Source of the DNA: an uncultured virus (IMG/VR IMGVR_UViG_3300032050_007618)
Lineage: Duplodnaviria > Heunggongvirae > Uroviricota > Caudoviricetes
Direction: 5' to 3' (one strand)
Virus record (IMG/VR): IMGVR_UViG_3300032050_007618
Length of the DNA: 20,000 nucleotides
Shown here: piece after piece, positions 9,384-17,431 of the stretch
Layout of the letters: every line of letters starts with the position of its first letter
Numbering within the stretch: the stretch's first letter is position 1
The notes under the pieces: generated by a model
Seen by the model: the letters and a program-made list of their open reading frames with translations, nothing else
Told to the model about the DNA's origin: nothing
The model's database searches: none
Program-made: the position numbers and the translations under genes

Positions 9384-10090
9384 GAAGGTGACGCTCCTTT
9401 GAATCGTGGATATTCTTCCATGTTTTTATCTTTATGAATCATCAATTTGTTAACTGGCAAATTCCAATGTTCTGGGTATGCCATACTCGGACTTAAAATA
9501 GCAGCTTCTTTTCGATGGTCTACGATAAACTTGTTAAGATGTGATTCATCATGCCAAACAGCAATAATATTGTTTTTAAGGTCAGTGTCGATGTTGTTTT
9601 TCATCACGTTAACCATATATTCTATGTGATTGCCTTTCGCTCCCCATACACATCCTTGAACATAAACACAACGGTGTCGTTCTGGAATATATGCGGTGGA
9701 ATTTGGATTTGTTTCTATTGGCCAGAAGTTTAAGTTAGAGACAACTGACGGATGACAAACTGCATAATATTTTTTATTGTTAATATCAAATGTGAGAAGT
9801 GTATCTACAAATTCCATGTCGCTATCAATATAGAACACGTAATCGTAATCGGATAGTTCTTTGATACACGATGAAATGAATTCAAAACGTTTCAAAGTAA
9901 TATATGGCCAAGGTTGGTGTTCTATCTTATACCATTTGACCGATTCATCAAACCACTCTAACTTTTCGTCCGTGAAAAAGTAAAAATCCTTTTGCGCACT
10001 TGGTATGAAATGTTTCTTAACCGAAGTCCACAAAGGATGTAAAAATGATTTATATTTGTTGGTCGCTAACGTAATAACGGCAATTTTCAT
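9380..10090 (-). CDS. GT6 family alpha-1,3-Gal/GalNAc transferase (ABO-type)
   Basis: IATNKY-like motif (LATNKY), YFFTD, WPYITLKRF, FYIDSDMEF (DxD), HP, ETNPNSTAYIP, YVQGCVWG, and IIAVWHDESHLNKF, the diagnostic GT6 catalytic motif. Confidence 0.93.
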   Translation of the reverse strand: MKIAVITLATNKYKSFLHPLWTSVKKHFIPSAQKDFYFFTDEKLEWFDESVKWYKIEHQPWPYITLKRFEFISSCIKELSDYDYVFYIDSDMEFVDTLLTFDINNKKYYAVCHPSVVSNLNFWPIETNPNSTAYIPERHRCVYVQGCVWGAKGNHIEYMVNVMKNNIDTDLKNNIIAVWHDESHLNKFIVDHRKEAAILSPSMAYPEHWNLPVNKLMIHKDKNMEEYPRFKGASPS

Positions 10091-10093
10091 AAC

Positions 10094-10924
10094 TTAATAA
10101 TTCTTCAAATACTCAACGTCTTTGTAATAGGTATTTAACTGATCTTGATTCATATCACCCAATTTTTTATATAAATCATTGTTCGACTTGAAATAAGGAT
10201 TTTTATCGCTAGAGTCTGATCCACGACTATGTTCTATGTGATATACAAATCCTTTATCAAGGTGTGTAACGGTGGTATTGAATTTTTTGAACCGTTCGTA
10301 TCTTTCACGATCTTCTGGACCATACGATATAAAGTTTTCATTTTCCCACCCGTATTTTTTATATGATGATGTTTTGAAAAATTGACAATGACCATATTCC
10401 GCAACACAATCTGAATAGTCTTGAGAGGTGAGTTCTACCACGGACGCTTGGTTTAACAACTTTTCTCTTCCAGACGTACCAATCTTCTTTTGAAATTTTC
10501 CCATAGCAAATGGATATACCAAGTCATGATTTTGACGAGTAATCTTTTTGTATGCCATTAGGTAAGATTCGATTGGGAGAATCACGTCAGCGTCATAATT
10601 TACTGTAACTGTGGTGTCTGATAATGCCAACATACGGTTTAAATATCGTGTTCTATGAAACGATTCATCTGGTATGTTTTGATGTATATAAGTCACATCG
10701 TCTTTGATTAAAGATGACACGATTGGTTCTTTAGAACACTCATAAACAATAATGTTAGTCTCAAAATTACGACGTAGATAGTCGTATATTATGCTAAAGT
10801 TTTTCTTTCTGTCGTCACTTTCAATGCAAACAGGTATGATAAACGTACACTCTTGTAATGGAATCAAACCATCTGTGATGGTTTTTGCTTTTTGTATTGT
10901 TTGAATTTCTTTAGGAATTTTCAT
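10094..10924 (-). CDS. GT-A glycosyltransferase with galactosyltransferase C-terminal (GT7C/GT2-like) domain
   Basis: TFIIPVCIESDDRKKN, FHRTRYLN, NYDADVIL (DxD), GWENENFISYGPEDRERYERF (GxED motif) and YHIEH. Start moved from 10936 to the ATG at 10924, which gives an ATGA overlap. Confidence 0.8.
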   Translation of the reverse strand: MKIPKEIQTIQKAKTITDGLIPLQECTFIIPVCIESDDRKKNFSIIYDYLRRNFETNIIVYECSKEPIVSSLIKDDVTYIHQNIPDESFHRTRYLNRMLALSDTTVTVNYDADVILPIESYLMAYKKITRQNHDLVYPFAMGKFQKKIGTSGREKLLNQASVVELTSQDYSDCVAEYGHCQFFKTSSYKKYGWENENFISYGPEDRERYERFKKFNTTVTHLDKGFVYHIEHSRGSDSSDKNPYFKSNNDLYKKLGDMNQDQLNTYYKDVEYLKNY

Positions 10925-11733
10925 ATTACAATCCAACTTGGTACATATAAATCTTTAGTGTTTAAAGTTACATCTGGACCGAACCAACGTGAAGGTGCAA
11001 TAACTTTTTTATTTGGATTGGCGTTCAACCACGCCCCCCACCAACTAAATGTACTGTTGGCAATAATGTTATGACTACACTGGGTCATAATGCACATATC
11101 AACAAATTGGTTACAAGACTCGGATACGAAAAAGTTATCATTTCCGGTAAAGGTTGATTTTGCCCATTCGATATCATCTGACACCACTATAAAATTATAT
11201 GATTTATCGGTAAAATGACTTAACGCATTGCTATAATATGTTAAATCACATGTACCGTGATGTGATAAATGTACATAATCACCTCTACGTACATGAATAG
11301 AAACAGTTTCGTATGATTGTTTATCTTTTAAATACTCTTTTACTGTATTAACTATATCATGTCTAAATGTAAATTCGGATCTAACTGTTGATTCTATATG
11401 TTTAAAATATTTTTCAGTTTGAAAGTAACCATGTAAATGTACATCATCACCAACGTTAAAAAGTTCTTGGTTAAAATGAAAATGGTTTCCTTCATGAACC
11501 ATTCTATATTTTTCATTACATTGTAAAGCAGATAGATGAAATGCTTTTGGTAGTACAAAAGTTTGTTTGTTAACAATCTCATTGTCAGTAAAATCGTACC
11601 AAGGAATTTTATTTCCGATAGAATAGTCAATTCCATATAAACAGTTTTGTTTATCTGCAATACCCATCAATGATGCATATTGAAACATTTGATTTCCAAA
11701 TCTTCCATTTAGTCCAATTGTAATGGTAATCAT
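10921..11733 (-). CDS. GT11 family alpha-1,2-fucosyltransferase
   Basis: GRFGNQMFQYA, LHGYFQTEKYF, VSIHVRRGDY (GDP-fucose-binding motif), VSDDIEWAK, IIANSTFSWWGAWL and VIAPSRWF. Start moved from 11781 to the ATG at 11733 (ATGA overlap). Confidence 0.95.
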   Translation of the reverse strand: MITITIGLNGRFGNQMFQYASLMGIADKQNCLYGIDYSIGNKIPWYDFTDNEIVNKQTFVLPKAFHLSALQCNEKYRMVHEGNHFHFNQELFNVGDDVHLHGYFQTEKYFKHIESTVRSEFTFRHDIVNTVKEYLKDKQSYETVSIHVRRGDYVHLSHHGTCDLTYYSNALSHFTDKSYNFIVVSDDIEWAKSTFTGNDNFFVSESCNQFVDMCIMTQCSHNIIANSTFSWWGAWLNANPNKKVIAPSRWFGPDVTLNTKDLYVPSWIVI

Positions 11734-12446
11734 TTTGATAGATAATTTAGTTGTTCTAGTTTTAGTTCCATGCTGGTACATCTATCGGTATTGATTGTAC
11801 AATTTGCATGATAAAGTATTATTTTCGACGTGTCTATTGTATCTAAATTTGATAGTTGATGTGTACATTTATAACATCCATGGTTATTTGAACATACGTT
11901 ACATTGTATCGTGTCATCTCTATACGATAAAGACGTATATTGAAGATATCTAAAATCAAATATACCAATTTCTATTGAAGGAATGGTATTCGAAAAGTAA
12001 TTAATAACGTCCATATCATGAACATCATTATGTTTACAACTAGTTAATAATTTTTCAAAAAAGTCCACCATCGTATCGTTACATTCTATTTTACAAAATG
12101 CTGGATTTACAAATGTATCTGATGGATCTTCATCTTCTTTTAAAACAGTAAACATTTTATCATATGATGTTAAATCAATTGGAGAAAAGAATTTAATGTC
12201 AACATCTGTCCATATAATTTTTCGTCCCAGATTTTCTTTGGTTGTTTGTAGCATCAATCTTGTTTTATTATGTAAACAGTCGATGTATCCATCCGTATTA
12301 TAATCACCATTTCCATCAACAGTAGTTTCAAATATACGAAGATCGTAGTTATTTTCATTAAACTTTATAAATGATGGATAAAAGTGTTTGTTAAATATTT
12401 CATCCATTTGAGGAGAGTATAAACAATATACCGGAGTTTTTTCCAT
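11730..12446 (-). CDS. Nucleotide-diphospho-sugar transferase (GT77-like, GT-A fold)
   Basis: K..L helix (HNKTRLML), IIWTDVDIKFF (DxD), VNPAF, HDMDVIN and LYHAN...KL. The start is either ATG 12446 or GTG 12452. Confidence 0.7.
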   Translation of the reverse strand: MEKTPVYCLYSPQMDEIFNKHFYPSFIKFNENNYDLRIFETTVDGNGDYNTDGYIDCLHNKTRLMLQTTKENLGRKIIWTDVDIKFFSPIDLTSYDKMFTVLKEDEDPSDTFVNPAFCKIECNDTMVDFFEKLLTSCKHNDVHDMDVINYFSNTIPSIEIGIFDFRYLQYTSLSYRDDTIQCNVCSNNHGCYKCTHQLSNLDTIDTSKIILYHANCTINTDRCTSMELKLEQLNYLSK

Positions 12447-12448
12447 AA

Positions 12449-13657
12449 TCACTTTCTAATATTATCTTCTAATGAGAATTCGTTCATGTATCTACTATTA
12501 TCTTTACGTTGTTTTTCAATCGTCTTTGTATGATACAATGATAATTCTTCCATTGCAGGAATACGTGTAAACTCTTTGAATCCTACGATGGTTTCATGCA
12601 ATTTACGTTCCCATTTAATATGAGGTTGATTTTTGTATATGCGGGACTGATAGTCAGGCCACATGATATATCCCTTTTCATTGACTCTCCACCCATAATT
12701 TTTGATGTCTTCTGAGGTTACACCAATAAAGTTATTGACTCTTGGTACCCAAAACATTTCACAACTAAGGTTTGATTCGATGAGGTCTCTAAGATTTTCA
12801 AGAAGAATCTCGTTGGGAAGTTCATCTGCGTCAATTTGAAATATGTATTTGCCACTACACTGTGAAGTTCCAAAGTTCTTATGAGAACCATAGTCTTTAT
12901 TTAGGTGATGTTTGGAAATTTTGATTCCATTAACCAATTCGTGGTCTTTCAATACATTGAGTGTAACTTCGTCATCTGAATAATCATCTAACACAACGAT
13001 TTCATTACCGGTAATGTATTTTGACAAGAGAGTCAATAAACTACGCAGTTGTTCACCTTCATTGTGACATGTTACAAGAAATGACACAAATGGAGTTGAC
13101 TGTTTAGTAAACACCGCATATCCAGACGGTTCTGTAACGTAGTCTGGATAATAGATGTCATATTTACCATTGAATACATTGTAAATATCATTCTTGACGT
13201 AATTTAAGTCCAAGTTTTGATCTTCATATGAATCATAGTTAAACTTCGAATTACCTTTACCGTCTGGGATATAAAAATCATGAATAATGATAGGACATTC
13301 AAATCCATACTTTTTGATGATTTTGAGTTCATCCAACAACGGCCAATACTTTTCCCAATGGGCGTCCAAGAAAAAGATTACATCCTCTCGTCCTTGAAAC
13401 TTCTGACATATTGTTTCCAAAAATGTAATAGATGACTCATTTGTCACCGTAACGTTTTTAGCATGTTGTAAGTTGTTTTTAGCCAACTCATACGTTGCAG
13501 GTACGATTTCACATGAATATAGTTCCTGAAAATGAGGAGATAAAATTCCCATAGAATCTCCATCATTGGTTCCAGTTTCAATAAAAACGTTGGATTTAAA
13601 TTTCTCTTTTAATTTCAACGTATGTTCTAACAAATATCTGTCTCTATATGCTCCCAT
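12449..13657 (-). CDS. Fusion of class I SAM methyltransferase-like domain (N) and GT2 glycosyltransferase (C)
   Basis: N-terminal half: FIETGTNDGDS, YSCEI, IFFLDAHW, PLLDEL, IIIHDF. C-terminal half, from about base 13095: VSFLVTCHNE, VVLDDYSDD, KNFG, IFQIDADE, WPDYQSRIYKN, LHE. Confidence 0.85.
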   Translation of the reverse strand: MGAYRDRYLLEHTLKLKEKFKSNVFIETGTNDGDSMGILSPHFQELYSCEIVPATYELAKNNLQHAKNVTVTNESSITFLETICQKFQGREDVIFFLDAHWEKYWPLLDELKIIKKYGFECPIIIHDFYIPDGKGNSKFNYDSYEDQNLDLNYVKNDIYNVFNGKYDIYYPDYVTEPSGYAVFTKQSTPFVSFLVTCHNEGEQLRSLLTLLSKYITGNEIVVLDDYSDDEVTLNVLKDHELVNGIKISKHHLNKDYGSHKNFGTSQCSGKYIFQIDADELPNEILLENLRDLIESNLSCEMFWVPRVNNFIGVTSEDIKNYGWRVNEKGYIMWPDYQSRIYKNQPHIKWERKLHETIVGFKEFTRIPAMEELSLYHTKTIEKQRKDNSRYMNEFSLEDNIRK

Positions 13658-13660
13658 ATG

Positions 13661-14974
13661 TTATTTGAGGTTTGGTTTTGGACTGTTTGGCATCTTCAAT
13701 TGTGGAATCATGATTTTCTGTTCAACCGCAAATTCTGGAATATACTTGTCCAAAATAGCGTGTAACTTTTGATCCATTGCTTGAGTTGAAAATAGTTGAG
13801 CATTACGTTCGGCTAAAGCAATAGCATTATCCTTGGTCTTTTGATTCATGCTGAAATAATACTGTTTCAACCGTTCTTCTGCCAGACTGTATGACACAGT
13901 AAACCACGCAGATTCCTTGATTAACCATTGGTTAGCTGATGCCGGATTGATTACATCCACCTTTCCTGGCAACAAACACTCTCTATTAGAATCCAAGAAA
14001 TCCAAGTGACCACTCCAATCTGATGCAAGTATGGGTTTTCCGCTAAGAGATGCTAACAACAATGGATGACCAAAACCCTCACCGTGTGTGAAACTAACGT
14101 GACACTTCACCTTTTCATGGTTGAAAAGAGCGTTCATTTCCACATCATTTAGTTCACCGTGAATCAAATACACGTTTGGTTTATCACCATCAACCTGTGA
14201 TTCTGCGATTTTGATTTTCTTCAAGATAGCATCTTTATCGACCTTTGAATAGTTTGTACCGCTGGTCTTTAGAATCAAACATGGCTTTTGAGGACGGTTC
14301 TTAAATGTGTTCAAGAATGTCTTAATTAAGTTGCCAATGTCTTTACGATCATGAAATGGATTATCATGTGTCCATTGACCAACGAACAAAAACGCAAAGT
14401 TTTCAGGAATCTGACTCATTACCGTTTCGACAGAATCAACCTTTTGATCGGTGATCTTGTAGATATCGGTATTGGCACCCCAGAAACACACTTCGATTGG
14501 TTTGGTATTACGTAGTTGTTCTTTACGTCCACTACCATCCTTATATTCCTTGGTATAGTCTGCATCGTCAAAGACCTTCTTGGAATGACGTGATGTGACA
14601 ATATTCATGTCCATCTTGTTCAATCCTTCGATCCACTCTCCAGCTGCAGCGGTGGTTTCAATACCAGCGGTCATTCCAATGTTGTACTTGCCAATTGGTT
14701 TGAACTCATTGGGTATTGAGATCTGAATAAACAAGTCTGGTTGTCTATTCAAAGGTTCTTTCAACATCTTATCGAACAATGCAAGATTGAGTGGATCATT
14801 TGAATCCAATTCATCCTGAAAACGTTTGATGGGATTTCCACCCCACTTTGTTGTTGCGATGCGAAGATCGAATTTATTGTAACGAAGAATGCTTTTAGCA
14901 ACTTCTCTTGCCCAATCTCCATAGCCACTGCGACTAAAGACTGGACCTTGTATAACACATAATGGTTTGCTCAT
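13661..14974 (-). CDS. GT4-like glycosyltransferase (phage type)
   Basis: GPVFSRSGYG, TAGIET, FLFVGQW, DRKDIGNLIKTF, LILKT and SFTHGEGFGHPLLLAS...WSGHLDFL. Start moved from 14986 to the ATG at 14974 (TAA T ATG after dut). Confidence 0.88.
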   Translation of the reverse strand: MSKPLCVIQGPVFSRSGYGDWAREVAKSILRYNKFDLRIATTKWGGNPIKRFQDELDSNDPLNLALFDKMLKEPLNRQPDLFIQISIPNEFKPIGKYNIGMTAGIETTAAAGEWIEGLNKMDMNIVTSRHSKKVFDDADYTKEYKDGSGRKEQLRNTKPIEVCFWGANTDIYKITDQKVDSVETVMSQIPENFAFLFVGQWTHDNPFHDRKDIGNLIKTFLNTFKNRPQKPCLILKTSGTNYSKVDKDAILKKIKIAESQVDGDKPNVYLIHGELNDVEMNALFNHEKVKCHVSFTHGEGFGHPLLLASLSGKPILASDWSGHLDFLDSNRECLLPGKVDVINPASANQWLIKESAWFTVSYSLAEERLKQYYFSMNQKTKDNAIALAERNAQLFSTQAMDQKLHAILDKYIPEFAVEQKIMIPQLKMPNSPKPNLK

Positions 14975-14975
14975 A

Positions 14976-15665
14976 TTAATTTCCAAAAAGTTTGTTGTCT
15001 CTTTCCTTGATCATGTCAGAATACTTTTGCGCATTAGATGCAAAGTACCCTTCCTTTTGTTTCATTAAATCTTCAATAGTTTTTCCGGACTTTGGTTGTG
15101 TTGCGGGTGGTGTGTTTGTATCTGTACTTCCAAATCCACCTTCACCACGATTTGTAGCATCTAATTCGTCAACAAGAACAAATTCGATGTTTTCAACTCT
15201 GGTAACTTTAAGTTGACAGATTTTATCACCCATATTGTAAATCTTAGTTTCGTTGACGTTGCCCACAATTTGTTGGGAAATAATACTATAATCCTCTGGT
15301 TGAAATATATACTTAAATCGAAGTAGAACTTCACCACGATAATCTGCATCAACCAATCCAATACAGTTAGCTAGGATTAAATTGTATTTACTGACACTGC
15401 TACGAGGAAATGCAAGTACATCATGATCGATATCTGTATAACCAAAATTACTATATACACGATCTTTTTGAACTGCAAGTTTTAGATTAGTGCGATATTG
15501 AATATAGTCAATACGTTTATATCCTCCAATTTCATAATTTTTTTCACCAACAATTTCAGGTCCACTCGTTGCGATGATATCATAACCTGTTGCTCTATCA
15601 GTTCCTTTCTTAGGCAGGTTATCCACTGTTTGATATGTTTCATTTTTTAATATTTGAATTTTCAT
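14976..15665 (-). CDS. dut: Trimeric dUTPase with insertions and C-terminal extension
   Basis: All five motifs are present: ATGYDI, PRSS, GLVDADYRGE, GDKICQL and RGEGGFGST. Confidence 0.93.
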   Translation of the reverse strand: MKIQILKNETYQTVDNLPKKGTDRATGYDIIATSGPEIVGEKNYEIGGYKRIDYIQYRTNLKLAVQKDRVYSNFGYTDIDHDVLAFPRSSVSKYNLILANCIGLVDADYRGEVLLRFKYIFQPEDYSIISQQIVGNVNETKIYNMGDKICQLKVTRVENIEFVLVDELDATNRGEGGFGSTDTNTPPATQPKSGKTIEDLMKQKEGYFASNAQKYSDMIKERDNKLFGN

Positions 15666-16633
15666 ACAATTTCCTTTTGAACTTTTTCAATATCAACTTT
15701 ACCGAAATCTACTCCCATACAATTATCTGGTTGTATCTGTCCAACTTGTTCTTTGGTGGTGTGCAGAGTGAACTTTTCACTTGGTGTGAAATTTGCCAAC
15801 GTGTAATCCATGGCTTTGATAAACTGGTTACACATATTTACGGCGTTCAATCCACCTTCGTTTAGTGCCCATCTACGTCCTTCTTCACCACGACGAGTAC
15901 GTTCTTCGTTTGGAATTAGGTACCAATACATCATGGCTTCTGCCAAATCACGGGGGTCAACCATATCATCAAAAATGTATGGAGTTTGATTACTACCATG
16001 CATATCGTGAACCCTTGGCCACACTGGCTTTGCCCACACACCGTGTTTCTTATACTTTCCAACGTTATTGGTTCCAAACTCTTTGGTGAATTCAACAGGG
16101 TTACCATTGTCATCCACTTGTCCAATTTGATCTTGTAGACCACCGGTAACACTCACAATAACAGGAGTACCTGACATAATGGACTCGTTGACGCTCAATC
16201 CGAATCCTTCGTTACTGGAAGCGTTAATTGTTACATCTGCCAAGTTATACATCAAGTTCATTTCTCCCGGTGTGATTTTACGTTGAGAGAAGTATACGAC
16301 ATAATCACGACAAATGGCTTCCTTGACTGCGGGAAGATCAGTACCGTGACCGTTTTGACCAACGACTTCAGTATGTAGAATCAAACACACCTTCTTTGCG
16401 TCTTCTTTAGAAAGACTATCACAGAAAATTCGGTATGCGAGAATTACATTTGAAACCTGTTTACGTTTGACGTTACGACTATTGAAAAAGATTGTATAAT
16501 CGTATTCGTTACCGTTAAAGAATCTCTTCTTTCCTTCAATTAGGTTTTTATCGGACGTATCTACTGGTCGAAATACCTCACTATTAATTCCGTGGGGTAC
16601 ATAATGTAAAAGTGTTTTTCCTTTGATTGGCAT
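15662..16633 (-). CDS. GT4 glycosyltransferase, C-terminal (nucleotide-sugar-binding) part of a split gene
   Basis: Begins at the interdomain motif YVPHGIN. Contains FFNSRNVKRK, LILHT, YNLADVTINASSNEGFGLSVNESIMSGTPVI (Ex7E) and TGGLQDQ. Lacks an N-terminal GT-B domain. Confidence 0.85.
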   Translation of the reverse strand: MPIKGKTLLHYVPHGINSEVFRPVDTSDKNLIEGKKRFFNGNEYDYTIFFNSRNVKRKQVSNVILAYRIFCDSLSKEDAKKVCLILHTEVVGQNGHGTDLPAVKEAICRDYVVYFSQRKITPGEMNLMYNLADVTINASSNEGFGLSVNESIMSGTPVIVSVTGGLQDQIGQVDDNGNPVEFTKEFGTNNVGKYKKHGVWAKPVWPRVHDMHGSNQTPYIFDDMVDPRDLAEAMMYWYLIPNEERTRRGEEGRRWALNEGGLNAVNMCNQFIKAMDYTLANFTPSEKFTLHTTKEQVGQIQPDNCMGVDFGKVDIEKVQKEIV

Positions 16634-16636
16634 ATA

Positions 16637-17188
16637 TTAAACGTTCTCCTTGATAATGTTACCGTCTTTGTCAAAATCACCGTCTAAAGTGGTACAGTTT
16701 TCAGGTCCAAGTACCCACTTATTGATGTTATAAGTTTGTTTGCTGATACTAAACAACGCATCACAGCTTTCGTAGAATGGACGATTCCACATAGGATATG
16801 GTAGATCATCCCAAATATTAAGATATGTGATGGGAATCTTCTTACGAAGTTCACGTTCAATCGCGTATAACCATCCCCAATAACGAGGATCTGTAAAATG
16901 CATAATTGCGTGAGGATTTTCTCTTGCAATAACTGTATACAATATATCTTCGTTACCATATCCTGCGGTGGGATATAATGTAACATACGCATCTTGTACG
17001 TTTGTATTTTTCTTAATTTCATCACTAAGATTTATAATCTTTCCTTGATCGGGATGGTTAATCGCTCCTGCGATTTGAACCCAATCATAATGATGAACTG
17101 TACCAATGACCAATTCACGACTCATAGTAGATACACCACTATGCATACGCAAATCATCACTCAATAAAAGAATTTTCTTTTTTGCCAT
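16637..17188 (-). CDS. GT4 glycosyltransferase, N-terminal (acceptor-binding) part of a split gene
   Basis: KKILLLSDDLRMHSGVSTMSREL, PHAIMHFTDPRYW, YLNIWDD and CDALFSISKQT form a GT-B N-terminal domain only. It is in frame with the next ORF across TAA TAT ATG. Confidence 0.82.
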   Translation of the reverse strand: MAKKKILLLSDDLRMHSGVSTMSRELVIGTVHHYDWVQIAGAINHPDQGKIINLSDEIKKNTNVQDAYVTLYPTAGYGNEDILYTVIARENPHAIMHFTDPRYWGWLYAIERELRKKIPITYLNIWDDLPYPMWNRPFYESCDALFSISKQTYNINKWVLGPENCTTLDGDFDKDGNIIKENV

Positions 17189-17194
17189 AACTTA

Positions 17195-17425
17195 TTATAC
17201 TGTTTCTGATTGTGTTACACTTGATAGTTTTATTTTTTGACTTTCGGTTGACAATACTGGAATATGATAATTCAATACTGTGTCTCTAAAGTTTGTATCA
17301 GTTAAAAACAAATGCATAGACCTATTGACTAGATCTTGCAAATGAAACTTGATATTGGAGGTGTTTTGTTTAAATTGATCGTACACCTCCGGTTCGATCT
17401 TGACGCTGGTTAGAACTTTTGCCAT
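17195..17425 (-). CDS. Small ribbon-helix-helix-like DNA-binding protein (76 aa)
   Basis: MAKVLTSVKIEPEVYDQFKQ...FHLQDLVNRSMHLFL gives a beta strand (TSVKI) followed by two amphipathic helices, the RHH pattern. The true start is taken as ATG 17425, since the track's longer ORF overlaps the nuclease gene. Confidence 0.65.
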   Translation of the reverse strand: MAKVLTSVKIEPEVYDQFKQNTSNIKFHLQDLVNRSMHLFLTDTNFRDTVLNYHIPVLSTESQKIKLSSVTQSETV

Positions 17426-17431
17426 AACTTT

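Noticed and set aside
1222..17188. Ordinary bacterial O-antigen/capsule locus
   Set aside because: There is no flippase, polymerase, chain-length regulator or initiating transferase in the window, and the locus is flanked by phage-type polB and exonuclease with dut embedded. It is not fully excluded without the wider contig.
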